64,000 nt of DNA, taken from positions 64,001 to 128,000 of the forward strand of contig BEHE01000001.1 in assembly GCA_002898395.1 (NCBI GenBank). Direction: 5' to 3'. A program made the position numbers and the translations under genes. Source of the DNA: Candidatus Calditenuaceae archaeon HR02. Lineage in GTDB: Archaea; Thermoproteota; Nitrososphaeria_A; Caldarchaeales; Calditenuaceae. Positions 29,171 to 39,739 of this stretch are shown in pieces; position 1 is the stretch's first letter; each line of letters starts with the position of its first letter. A model generated the notes under the pieces. That model was not told where the DNA came from. It did no database searches and saw only the letters and a list, made by a program, of their open reading frames with translations.

Positions 29171-29787
29171 ATGACAAATATAATACACACATCCCAAATA
29201 CAAAAAGCAAAGGTGCGTTAACGGGCCTCGAGACAGACATAATTCAGCTTTAATATCGTAGCAGCTGCCTTTTCGTTCGCCGTCCCAAACATAGGGCTCT
29301 TCACTAAGCCAAAGGGCGGCGATGTGGTCCAAGCGAGGATCGATGGGGCGACCTCGGCGATCGAGACAGTAGGCTCGGTGATAGTTAGGAACGACCTCAA
29401 TGTAGGTAGCTGGCAGGGTAGCTAACGTTACAATCTTCTTAAAAGTAGCTGTAGGGAAGGGGCTACCGACTTGCGGGTCGGCTCACTTGCGGTAACCTAT
29501 CACGACCCAAGGACAAGTATTGAGAACGTTTACACAAGCAATGTAATCCGCTGTGATTTCCTTCAGCTTTCCTAGAGTCATCGTAAAACAGATTGTCGGT
29601 GACGGAGACCATTTGATAGGGTTTGGAGATTGGAGAGCTCTGGTCGATAACCGTCGTAATCGACGAGATGCAGCATCTACAGCCGACAGAAGTCTCTACT
29701 ATCCGGTTGAAGCCGGTGATTGGCTCGGTGCTGAAGGTGGAGAGGGGGCTACCACCATCCTTGGACCCAGTCATGGACCCAGCATAA
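29171..29787 (+). pseudogene. flaB: Archaellin (FlaB/ArlB) pseudogene with multiple frameshifts
   Basis: Stitched frames give KSKGALTGLET.II / IVAAAFSFAV.NIGLFT..K.G.VVQA.I..ATSAIE.VGSVI / VTIFLKVAVG / GDGDHLI / LKPVIGSVLKVERGLPPSLDPVMD, matching the class III signal peptide, N-terminal helix and C-terminus of archaellins. Confidence 0.8.
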
Positions 29788-29822
29788 GAAGAGACAATAT
29801 ATTAGATACACCCCACTCCCCT

Positions 29823-30731
29823 CTATTTTTTGCCCCTATACCACTTAACGTATTTTTTCACTATTGACTCAAGGCTGGTTGTAGGCATCCACCCCAGTAT
29901 TTGTCTCGCATTGGTTATGTCGGCCCAGCTTCTCAATGGCTCATGATGTGAAAGCTCCTCAAGCAATATCTTCACATCGCAGCCTGTCTCCTTAAGCACC
30001 AGTTCCGCCAGGTCCCTTACGCTGACAGGTCTCCCACTTCCGATATTCAACTTGTAGACGCCGCGTTCGAGAGATAGAGCCTTGACCGTCGCATCAGCCA
30101 CGTCTCCAACGTAGATAAAGTCTCTGGATGCGGGTATAAACTCGCCCCCAATCCAGCGACCCCTAACTACCAACGGCTTTCCCGCCATCGCGTTTTCTAC
30201 GAATATTTTCAGGACATTTTTCCCCCCTTCTCCAAGAACATTGAAGTATCGTAGGATTGTCGCGTCGGTTCCGAAGCTACTGTGATAGGCTTGGGAGAGG
30301 ATCTCGCAACATAGTTTGCTGAGGCCATATGGGTTTGTAGGTCTGGCCTCTGCATCCTCCCTCAGCGGTGGGGAAGCGTCTCCATAGACAGCGGCGCTCG
30401 AGGCGAGCACAATCTTCTCCACTCCGGAGCGCCTCGCGGCCTCAAGGATGTTCAAGTGCACTGTGAAGTTGTTTTGGATATACTTCTGTGGATGAAGAAG
30501 CGATTCGTGCACGTCAATGTGTGCTGCAAGGTTCACCACACCTCTAACTCCCCGCATAGCCTCCAGGGCTCTAGAGAATTCCGCAGCGTCTCCCCTAACA
30601 ATCTCTACATCCTTCGGAAACGATCCGCCAACCTCCGCCCTGTCAAGGACCCTAACCACCTCGCCCCTAGAAGCCAGGTACTCGACAACCCGCCTGCCGA
30701 TATAGCCGAGACCACCCACGACAAGTATCAA
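29823..30731 (-). CDS. NAD-dependent epimerase/dehydratase (GalE-like)
   Basis: GGLGYIG, SSAAVYG, YGLSK, LRYFNV, RDFIYV. Confidence 0.9.
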   Translation of the reverse strand: MILVVGGLGYIGRRVVEYLASRGEVVRVLDRAEVGGSFPKDVEIVRGDAAEFSRALEAMRGVRGVVNLAAHIDVHESLLHPQKYIQNNFTVHLNILEAARRSGVEKIVLASSAAVYGDASPPLREDAEARPTNPYGLSKLCCEILSQAYHSSFGTDATILRYFNVLGEGGKNVLKIFVENAMAGKPLVVRGRWIGGEFIPASRDFIYVGDVADATVKALSLERGVYKLNIGSGRPVSVRDLAELVLKETGCDVKILLEELSHHEPLRSWADITNARQILGWMPTTSLESIVKKYVKWYRGKK

Positions 30732-30785
30732 CCTACAGAGGTGGGCACGGCTGCATGAATATAATTATCAGAGCAAGACGGTCTG

Positions 30786-30800
30786 CAAAGACTTATAAGT
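30786..30800 (+). promoter_or_regulatory. Putative BRE/TATA promoter of the 16S pre-rRNA
   Basis: CAAAGACTTATAAG about 200 nt upstream of the 16S 5' end, followed by a structured leader. Confidence 0.45.
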
Positions 30801-31335
30801 AGCCCAACTGTACATATACCTTGGGCCAGGGCTCATAGGCGGCGCCACCGCCAAGGCAGGTGTATGACACCTACGCGATGAGGCGGTGACATCCGGCTCT
30901 GGCTACAGTTAGGGGTGAAGACCTGAGGGACGGTAGAAGATCCTCAGGTCCAATGTGGGCCGCTTCCGTGCAGACCCCGCCAATAAAAATGGCCGGACTC
31001 CGGTTGATCCTGCCGGACCCTACTGCTATCGGGGTAAGGCTAAGCCATGCAAGTCGTAGGCCTCGGGGCATCCCGGGGCCTGGCGCACGGCTGAGTAACG
31101 CGTGGCTAACCTACCCTGCGGAGGGGGATAACCCCGGGAAACTGGGGATAAACCCCCATAGGTGAGCAGCTCTGGAACGACTGCTCGCCGAAAACCCTCT
31201 GCGGGGACCCTCCGCTGAGGGGCCGCAGGATGGGGCTGCGTCCTATCAGGTAGTTGGTGGGGTAATGGCCCACCAAGCCTGAGACGGGTAGGGGCCCTGA
31301 GAGGGGGAGCCCCCAGATGGACTCTGAGACAAGAG

Positions 31336-31367
<32 letters not shown>

Positions 31368-31729
31368 ACTCCGCAATGGGCGAAAGCCCGACGGGGTTAC
31401 CCCGAGTGCCACCCTCGTGGTGGCTTTTGCCCGCTGTAAACAGGCGGGCGAATAAGGGGAGGGCAAGTCGGGTGTCAGCCGCCGCGGTAATACCCGCTCC
31501 CCGAGTGGTAGGGACTATTACTGGGCCTAAAGCGCCCGTAGCCGGCCTGGTGTGTCCCTCGTTAAATCCACAGGCCTAACCTGTGGGCTGCGGGGGATAC
31601 TACCAGGCTTGGGGGTGGGAGAGGCGCTCGGTATTCCCGGGGTAGGGGTAAAATCCTCTGATCCCGGGAGGACCACCAGTGGCGAAGGCGGAGCGCCAGA
31701 ACACGCCCGACGGTGAGGGGCGAAAGCTG

Positions 31730-31763
<34 letters not shown>

Positions 31764-31903
31764 CAGCTGTAAACGATGCGGGCCAGGTGCCGGGACGGCT
31801 ACGAGCCGCCCCGGTGCCGAAGGGAAGCCATTAAGCCCGCCGCCTGGGGAGTACGGCCGCAAGGCTGAAATCCCAGGACCGCCCAACGACCCCTCGGAGC
31901 CGT

Positions 31904-32566
<663 letters not shown>

Positions 32567-32597
32567 CGTTGCGGCTTAATCGGATTCAACGCCGGAA

Positions 32598-32842
32598 AGA
32601 GGGTTAACAAATCGGCAAGCATGTTATTACTTACTCACGTAATGATTAATTACCTAGGGTGTGTGGTGATAAGGCATTGTGACAAGCGGTGGATCATCGA
32701 CGAGTTATGTCTGGAGTTAAAGATTACTCCCAAGTGCTGTGAGAACTGTTCTCCGCCCTTTAGTAAAATTGGGCGCTGATAGAAGGGTTAGAGTTGGAAA
32801 ATCAATCCTTTATCTGCTTGCCGATGGTTAACCCTCCCGGAG
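32598..32842 (+). mobile_element. BHB archaeal rRNA intron 2 (245 nt) at E. coli-equivalent position 977/978, no endonuclease
   Basis: CCGG-AA^A-GAGGGTTAAC..ATCGGCAAGCA ... TGCTTGCCGAT..GTTAACCCTC-CCGG-AG^A; removal restores CAACGCCGGAAACCTTACC. Confidence 0.92.
32621..32779 (+). CDS. Possible small Cys-rich protein in the loop of intron 2 (52 aa)
   Basis: Manual translation MLLLTHVMINYLGCVVIRHCDKRWIIDELCLELKITPKCCENCSPPFSKIGR; fills most of the intron loop. Confidence 0.35.
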   Translation: MLLLTHVMINYLGCVVIRHCDKRWIIDELCLELKITPKCCENCSPPFSKIGR

Positions 32843-33597
32843 ACCTTACCGGGGGCGACGGCAGGATGATGGTCAGGCTGACGACCTTACCGGACGAGCC
32901 GAGAGGAGGTGCATGGCCGTCGCCGGTGCGTGCCGTGAGGTGTCCTGTTAATTCAGGCAACGGACGAGACCCGCGCCCCCTGTTGCCATCGGCCGAAAGG
33001 CGCTGGGCACTCAGGGGGGACCGCCCCCGAAAGGGGGAGGAAGGAGCGGGCTACGGCAGGTCGGTATGCCCCGAATCCCCCGGGCCGCACGCGACGTTCA
33101 ATGGCGGAGACAGTGGGACGCCACCCCGAAAGGGGGAGCTAATCCCTAAACTCCGCCTCAGTTGGAATCGAGGGTTGCAACTCGCCCTCGTGAACGCGGA
33201 ATCCCTAGTAACCGCCCGTTACCACCGGGCGGTGAATACGTCCCCGCTCCTTGCACACACTGCCCATCGCTCCACCCGAGCTGGGGATGGGCGAGAGCCA
33301 CTCAAGTTGGGTGGCCCGAGCCTAGACCCGGTGAGGGGGGAGAAGTTGTAACAAGGTGGCCGCACGGGAACGTGCGGCCGGATCACCTCCCAAATCTCAC
33401 GGAAGCGGCCCACACATCACCCCTACATTTCTTCAACATATTCCACTTACACGTTTTTGTCTTTTAAGCCCGCACACTATATAGTAGAAAATAATCACGA
33501 TTTGAAATCGAGCCCATAGCCCATTCTTCAACAAGATCAACACCTACATTTTAAGGTCTCGAAACAATATTAATACGGCTCCACTACTTTATACAGA

Positions 33598-35589
33598 ATG
33601 AGGATTAGAAGAAGAGCAATCCTACCAGCGTTATTAGCGATGGCCGCAACGACTGCGTTATATGGCATCGTATCATTTTTCAGCCATGGAAAACCATATT
33701 ACACTACTAATACCACAGATACACGGTACATGGGTAAAACTAGATTAGAAGAGGGCCAGGCTTGTCTATACGTTGAGGGGAAAGGGGAAGTTGTAGGAAA
33801 CCTCATAGCCGCGAAACTGGCAGAAAAGGGTGTGGGATTTTTTACATATGGTGAATACTTCGAGGCAGAGCCGTTCCTGATAATTTCCGATCAAGAAATA
33901 AAAGTGCAGAAAAATGTATGGATAGATGGGGTTGCAAACAGAACAATATTGGTAGAGGGAGCTGTCCTTGAGGAGAAACTACTCACTTATGGTGATACAC
34001 TCATATACAAAATGCGTAATACGTCAAGTTCTGAAACAAAATTTAAAGTTGATGGAATGGTGCAAATCTTCAGCTGGTTCCTATCAGAGTCACGCAGCAA
34101 AATTGCAGAGATGGCTGGCTCAAAGTTTGAATATCATGACGGGACATTAGTTGGCTTTTATTCTAGTAATGGCCCGTTCATCACCATAAAATCAAATAAT
34201 AGAATCAAGATCAAGAGTGTCGAGCGAGCCTATTCAACCTTCAGAGTAGATATATCACTTGCGCCTGATGAAGAATTCATTTTGACTGTCGCAGGGCATC
34301 AATCATCTGTCGAGGCAAGCAATACAAGCGCCGACAAGGCATTAGTGACTTCGGAAACAATAGAAGGAATGAAGAGAAGGGAGTTGTGCGAGATGCTGAT
34401 CAATGCTACAAACAAAAACCCAGTTAAAAAAGAGTTTGAAAAAATATCGAGATATATGTGGTATGTCATATTATCCAACCGAGCGCGTGTAGAAAATCAT
34501 CCAATCCTTAAAAACTCCTTCGTCATGCCCAGCAAATTCGGTTTAAGGCACCAATGGCTGTGGGACTCAGCATTCCATGCCATCATATTATCAAAATATA
34601 GCTTAGAGATGGCTAAGGAAGAGATCCTAAACCTTTTTTATGCCCAGAAAAAAGATGGGCGGATCCCGCACGAAATTTTTTTATCCAAAGAGTTCTGTAA
34701 GCTCTTTTGGAAAGTCGATGATTACACACCATGGACAACACAGCCACCAGTACTAGCATTAGCAGTTGCCAAACTATTACAAATGGAAGAAGATAGAAAG
34801 TTTGCGGAAATAGCTTATGAATCATTAGACAGATATGACAGATGGTTCAGGAGTCAAAGAGATAAAGATGAAGACCAGTTAATTTGTTATGTAGACTACC
34901 TAGAATCTGGATGGGACGACTCTGTGAGATGGGACGAGCCGAGGCGACGATTTAGCAACAACCCCGAAAAGTACAAGATGGCTTACAGTCAAGTAAGGAT
35001 GGCGCCAGTAGAGGCAATAGACCTAAACTGTCTTATCTACCTGCAAAGAAAAATCCTATCCAATTTGGCCGAAGAATTGGGGTATAAGGATGAGGCGGAA
35101 AAGTATCAGAACCTCGCTGAAAAAACGGTAAATGGGATAAATGAGCTTATGTGGGATGAAGACACAGGCTTTTACTACGATATATATGAAAAAGAGCATA
35201 AATCTGTTGGTGTCAAGACCCCCGCAGCATTTCTTACACTCTATGCTGGAGTAGCAACACAACAACAAGCTAAAAAACTTGTTAAACACTTGCTTAACCC
35301 TCGCGAGTTCTGGACCACATTCCCTCTACCTACAGTAAGTGCAGACGACCCAAAATACGATCCCAAAGGGTATTGGAGAGGAAGGTCTTGGCTAAATATA
35401 ATCTGGTTCACTTACCACGGTCTAAAAAGATACGGTTTTGATAATGAGGCTAGAATGCTTGCACAAAGCGTAATTAACATTATGAGTAAAGGCCCATCCT
35501 GCAATGAAAACTATGATAGCCAGACTGGTGAACCATTAGGAGTTCCGGATTTCAGCTGGTCAACACTTGCCCTCGATATTTTAACGTAG
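33598..35589 (+). CDS. GH63/MGH1-like (alpha/alpha)6 glycoside hydrolase with possible Tat signal or membrane anchor
   Basis: QWLWDSAF, TQPP, ESGWDDS, YWRG.SW, ENYD; N-terminus MRIRRRAIL plus hydrophobic stretch. Confidence 0.82.
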   Translation: MRIRRRAILPALLAMAATTALYGIVSFFSHGKPYYTTNTTDTRYMGKTRLEEGQACLYVEGKGEVVGNLIAAKLAEKGVGFFTYGEYFEAEPFLIISDQEIKVQKNVWIDGVANRTILVEGAVLEEKLLTYGDTLIYKMRNTSSSETKFKVDGMVQIFSWFLSESRSKIAEMAGSKFEYHDGTLVGFYSSNGPFITIKSNNRIKIKSVERAYSTFRVDISLAPDEEFILTVAGHQSSVEASNTSADKALVTSETIEGMKRRELCEMLINATNKNPVKKEFEKISRYMWYVILSNRARVENHPILKNSFVMPSKFGLRHQWLWDSAFHAIILSKYSLEMAKEEILNLFYAQKKDGRIPHEIFLSKEFCKLFWKVDDYTPWTTQPPVLALAVAKLLQMEEDRKFAEIAYESLDRYDRWFRSQRDKDEDQLICYVDYLESGWDDSVRWDEPRRRFSNNPEKYKMAYSQVRMAPVEAIDLNCLIYLQRKILSNLAEELGYKDEAEKYQNLAEKTVNGINELMWDEDTGFYYDIYEKEHKSVGVKTPAAFLTLYAGVATQQQAKKLVKHLLNPREFWTTFPLPTVSADDPKYDPKGYWRGRSWLNIIWFTYHGLKRYGFDNEARMLAQSVINIMSKGPSCNENYDSQTGEPLGVPDFSWSTLALDILT

Positions 35590-35622
35590 AAGAGAGTAAG
35601 CTAAGGGCTCATATCATATACC

Positions 35623-36543
35623 TTACTCTCCAGTGACTTTTTTAAGCCTTGGATTAAATAATTCGTCGAGCCCTATATTTATGAGGTTCAATGATATAAA
35701 GATCAATATTAGCGATATCACAGGCCCAATGATAAAGTGATAGTATCCTTGAATTATTAATCCGCTAGTCATGAATATGTGTATAAGTAAACCTAGCGTC
35801 ATAACCTCAGCAGCACCTAGTCCGATTAGACGCAATCCAGTCTCTGCCAAGATACCTCCGATAACAGCATAAGAAAAACCAACAATGATGTATGGAAGGA
35901 TATTAGGAAGAATCTCAAAAAATATAATTTCTGAGTCCCTTTCTCCAACCATCTTTGCTAAGTCTATATAGGGCCTAGATTTAAGACTGAGTACCTGCGA
36001 CCTGATCTGTCTAGCAGGCCCTGCCCATGCGAAACTAGCGATGATCAATGCCACAAGTGTTATGTCTAATCTTTGTATATATGCAACAGCGGCAGCTGCT
36101 ATTGCCCAAGAAGGTAAAATCAATATTACATTGGTGAGGGAATTAAGTAAATTATCTATAGTGCCGCCCTTATAAGCAGCAAAAAGTGAGACAACAAGGG
36201 CAACCGATACAGCGACAAAGCCGACTAAAAAACCAACAATAAGCGAGTTCTTTATACCCGTAATCAACATCGCAAAAACATCTCGGCCAAAATGATCAGT
36301 TCCCAATGGATGATTTTGTGAGGGCATTTGTAGCCGTGGGAAGTAGCCTATAGCTGAGGACTGAAGACCCCCTAGTCTGACTCCATTTATGATGGGCTCA
36401 AAGATTGCGACTAAAATCAATGATGATAGGATTGAAGTTCCTACAAGAAGCTTTTTCGACTTTGCAGTGTAGTATGACGCTGACTTAATGACTATAAGTG
36501 ATCTTCTTAATACATTTTGATAAAAGAAGCTTTTCTCGTTCAT
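35623..36543 (-). CDS. ABC permease (DppC-like)
   Basis: HPLGTDHFGRDV, IRSQVLSLK, NPRL. Confidence 0.9.
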   Translation of the reverse strand: MNEKSFFYQNVLRRSLIVIKSASYYTAKSKKLLVGTSILSSLILVAIFEPIINGVRLGGLQSSAIGYFPRLQMPSQNHPLGTDHFGRDVFAMLITGIKNSLIVGFLVGFVAVSVALVVSLFAAYKGGTIDNLLNSLTNVILILPSWAIAAAAVAYIQRLDITLVALIIASFAWAGPARQIRSQVLSLKSRPYIDLAKMVGERDSEIIFFEILPNILPYIIVGFSYAVIGGILAETGLRLIGLGAAEVMTLGLLIHIFMTSGLIIQGYYHFIIGPVISLILIFISLNLINIGLDELFNPRLKKVTGE

Positions 36544-37574
36544 GTTATGGCGACCCTCGGGTCAATTAATGGATAGATAAGATCCATTATAAGATTAGCT
36601 GTTAGTACGGTGAACATTGTGAGCATTATTATTCCCTGTATTACATTGAAGTCCAGCAGTCCTATCGCGTTGACGAAAAGAGCACCTATTCCCGGATATA
36701 CAAATATCCATTCAACGAGAAATGCACCTGTAACTATAAAACCTAAAGATATAGCTAGCCCTGTTGTCTGAGGCAGCAACGTATTTCTCAATATATATCT
36801 AGTGAGTATCCTTCTATTGCTAAGTCCTTTCGCCTGTGCGTATTGAAGATAATCTTCACCGACTATGGTTATGACTAGCGCTCTAGTAGAAATGAGCCAG
36901 CCGGTCATTGAGACTAATATTATAGAAAGTGCTGGTAGAAATGCATGTTGAATCGCACTAATGACAAAGTTGACGTCAAAGAGGGTTAGTGATGCTGCAT
37001 ATGCTCCTCTTGAAGGGAAAATGGGAAAGATGTAAGCAAATAAGAGAAGTAGAATTACAGCCACGATGTAGTAAGGGATTTGTGAGAAAATTAGGGAGAA
37101 TGTGAAGAAAAAATTGTCGAATCTGGATCCACGTTTCCATCCGATAATCACACCAAGCATGAGGCCTATGATCCATGACAGGAGAGTGGTGACTGAGAGC
37201 AAGATGATAGTCCAAGGTAAGTGTCGTATTATCAAATCTTGTGCTGGAGTTGGAAACGCCATAAATGAAGGACCTAAGTTAAACTCAAAAAGCAGTCTTC
37301 TCAGAAATATCAAATATTGGCTAAAGACATCTTCATTAAGACCAAACATTTCCTCAAACATCTGTATTGTTCTATCGCCAATCGGCTCGAAACCATAACG
37401 TGAGCGGAGCATGTATACGTATGCGCGTATGGGGTTGCCTGGAATAAGTCTAAGAATAAAGAATACTGCGGTGAAAGATAAGAATAGTATGATTATGTAG
37501 CTGACCACTTTTCTTACCATATATCGATGAATGCTCAGACGTTGTGAAGACATCCTTAATAGATGGAGATTCAC
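36540..37574 (-). CDS. ABC permease (DppB-like)
   Basis: LGPSFMAFP, YAQAKGL, EWIFVYPGIG, IDPRV; start may be slightly downstream. Confidence 0.9.
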   Translation of the reverse strand: MNLHLLRMSSQRLSIHRYMVRKVVSYIIILFLSFTAVFFILRLIPGNPIRAYVYMLRSRYGFEPIGDRTIQMFEEMFGLNEDVFSQYLIFLRRLLFEFNLGPSFMAFPTPAQDLIIRHLPWTIILLSVTTLLSWIIGLMLGVIIGWKRGSRFDNFFFTFSLIFSQIPYYIVAVILLLLFAYIFPIFPSRGAYAASLTLFDVNFVISAIQHAFLPALSIILVSMTGWLISTRALVITIVGEDYLQYAQAKGLSNRRILTRYILRNTLLPQTTGLAISLGFIVTGAFLVEWIFVYPGIGALFVNAIGLLDFNVIQGIIMLTMFTVLTANLIMDLIYPLIDPRVAIT

Positions 37575-37733
37575 TCAAAATATAAATCTTATCAAAGATC
37601 ATGAACGTTCACGAACAGTAAAGTGCTGAAAGAGTCCAAGTTAGCTTATATGCTTGGCGATAAGAATTACCCTTATTTAAGGGTTGAACCAACAGTTAAA
37701 TATGCGGATAATAAATACGTGTGGTGGACAACA

Positions 37734-38693
37734 TTGCTTGAAGTAATCGACCTTAGAGTTTATTACAAGTCAATTTTTGGAGACTACAAGTCTGTGGATG
37801 GTGTATCACTCTCGGTCAAGAAAGGAGAGATATTTGGTATCGCGGGGGAGTCTGGATGCGGTAAATCTACTTTGGTAGACGGGATATTGCGCCTGATTAG
37901 ACCCCCCGGGTATATTAAATCAGGTAAGGTCTTCTTTGAGGGCATAAATCTCCTCGAGCTGGATGAAAGTAGAATAAATAAAATCAGATGGAGCAGGATA
38001 TCATATATTCCCCAGGGATCTATGAATTCCCTTAATCCAGTTTTAAGAATTGAAGAGCAGGCGACTGATGCCCTTATTGAGCATTCTAATCTGACTAAAA
38101 ATGAGGCTAAGAGGGTCATAGAGGAAAAACTGGGGGTGGTTGGATTGCCTAAAGAAGTTTTACGCTCTTATCCGCATGAGCTGAGTGGGGGCATGAGGCA
38201 AAGGGTCGTAATTGCCATGGCTATTGCTCTTAACCCAAGTCTCGTCATAGCAGATGAGCCAATAACAGCTCTCGACGTAGTGGTGCAAAAATCTCTCCTA
38301 AAACTGTTAAAGGACCTTCGAGATAATTACGGGGTTACATTGATATTTGTGTCGCATGACATGGCTGCTCATGCTCAACTTGTAGACAGGATGGCGATAA
38401 TGTACGCTGGAAAAATTGTTGAGGTGGGTGATACAGAAGAGATTTTCTATAACCCGCAGCACCCTTACACGAAATTATTAATTTCCTCGATTCCGAGGCT
38501 GGAGAAAAAAGAGATAAAAGGGATACCCGGTATTGCGCCGAGCCCTCTCAACTGGCCTAAGGGTTGCCGCTTTCACACCCGATGCCCCTGGGTCATGGAT
38601 ATATGCACTACTCATGAGCCTGAGATGATCCAGATTAATGGAGGAAGGATCGTGGCTTGTCACTTGTATGGTGAGAGTGGAAGGCAACATTGA
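37734..38693 (+). CDS. ABC ATPase (DppD-like)
   Basis: GESGCGKST, LSGGMRQR, CRFHTRC; start re-placed at TTG 37734 after GGTGG. Confidence 0.92.
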   Translation: MLEVIDLRVYYKSIFGDYKSVDGVSLSVKKGEIFGIAGESGCGKSTLVDGILRLIRPPGYIKSGKVFFEGINLLELDESRINKIRWSRISYIPQGSMNSLNPVLRIEEQATDALIEHSNLTKNEAKRVIEEKLGVVGLPKEVLRSYPHELSGGMRQRVVIAMAIALNPSLVIADEPITALDVVVQKSLLKLLKDLRDNYGVTLIFVSHDMAAHAQLVDRMAIMYAGKIVEVGDTEEIFYNPQHPYTKLLISSIPRLEKKEIKGIPGIAPSPLNWPKGCRFHTRCPWVMDICTTHEPEMIQINGGRIVACHLYGESGRQH

Positions 38694-39691
38694 CAGACCA
38701 TCTTTTAAAATTCGACAACGTGTCTATGATATTCAAAATTGGAGGCGGTTTAGGCCTTTTTGGAGGTAAACGCGTTGTAGCTTTAAATGATGTGTCCTTC
38801 ACAATTCCTGATAAGCCAGGGATAGTGGCTTTAGTCGGTGAGAGCGGCAGTGGAAAAAGTACAATCGCGCGTCTTGCCCTAGGATTGTTGAGACCAACAG
38901 TAGGTCAAGTATTATATAGAGGACGAGAGATATCTGAGTGGCTTAAAAGCGATAAATATAGGTTCAGAAGAGAGGTACAGGCTGTTTTTCAAGACCCCTA
39001 TGGCATTTATAATCCATATTACAAGGTAGATCGCGTCCTTTATCTTGCACTACGAAAACTGATGCGCATCAATGATAGAGAGTATGCCCAGTCATTAATT
39101 GTTAATGCCATGAAAACCCTAGGAATGAGACCGGAAGAAGTTCTAGGACGGTACCCTCATCAGCTAAGTGGGGGTGAGAGACAGAGGCTTATGCTTGTTC
39201 TCTCATTGTTAATAAAACCGCGCCTACTAATTGCTGACGAGCCGGTTTCTATGATTGACGCTTCTCTTAGAGCCATCTTTCTTGAGAACCTTCTGGAATT
39301 GAAAAAAACACTCGGCATATCATGCCTTTACATCACACATGACTTAATCACTGCAAACTACGTGGCAGATGAGATTATTGTACTGTGCCACGGAAAAATA
39401 GTTGAGATAGGTGATGCGACTAATGTAATAAGAGACCCTCTTCATCCTTATACGAAGCTTCTCGTTGACTCAATGTTGTTGCCTGATCCTCGAGCCGGTA
39501 AAGCGATTGAGGCAGCAAGCATAGACGTTCGTAGCTTAAGCGAGCTAAAGCCTGAAAAAGGGTGTGTCTTTAGATATCGATGCCCTTATGCAATGAAGGT
39601 ATGTGTGGAAGGTGTACCTGATCTAATTGAAGTTGGTGATGGGAGAAAAGTTGCTTGCTATCTTTATGGGGAACAAGCATCATCCGTTTAG
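38690..39691 (+). CDS. ABC ATPase (DppF-like)
   Basis: GESGSGKST, LSGGERQR, CVFRYRC. Confidence 0.92.
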   Translation: MTDHLLKFDNVSMIFKIGGGLGLFGGKRVVALNDVSFTIPDKPGIVALVGESGSGKSTIARLALGLLRPTVGQVLYRGREISEWLKSDKYRFRREVQAVFQDPYGIYNPYYKVDRVLYLALRKLMRINDREYAQSLIVNAMKTLGMRPEEVLGRYPHQLSGGERQRLMLVLSLLIKPRLLIADEPVSMIDASLRAIFLENLLELKKTLGISCLYITHDLITANYVADEIIVLCHGKIVEIGDATNVIRDPLHPYTKLLVDSMLLPDPRAGKAIEAASIDVRSLSELKPEKGCVFRYRCPYAMKVCVEGVPDLIEVGDGRKVACYLYGEQASSV

Positions 39692-39739
39692 ATACATTTA
39701 TAAATTTTGATAGTGCGGTATAAGTGGTGACCTAATTAG

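Noticed and set aside
29553-29867. 104-aa ORF as an independent gene
   Set aside because: Its first part is one frame of the archaellin pseudogene; the rest is out of frame
32640-32780. C/D-box guide RNA inside intron 2 (ATGATTA ... CTGA)
   Set aside because: Boxes are about 135 nt apart, C box is imperfect, and no C'/D' pair or rRNA-complementary guide was found
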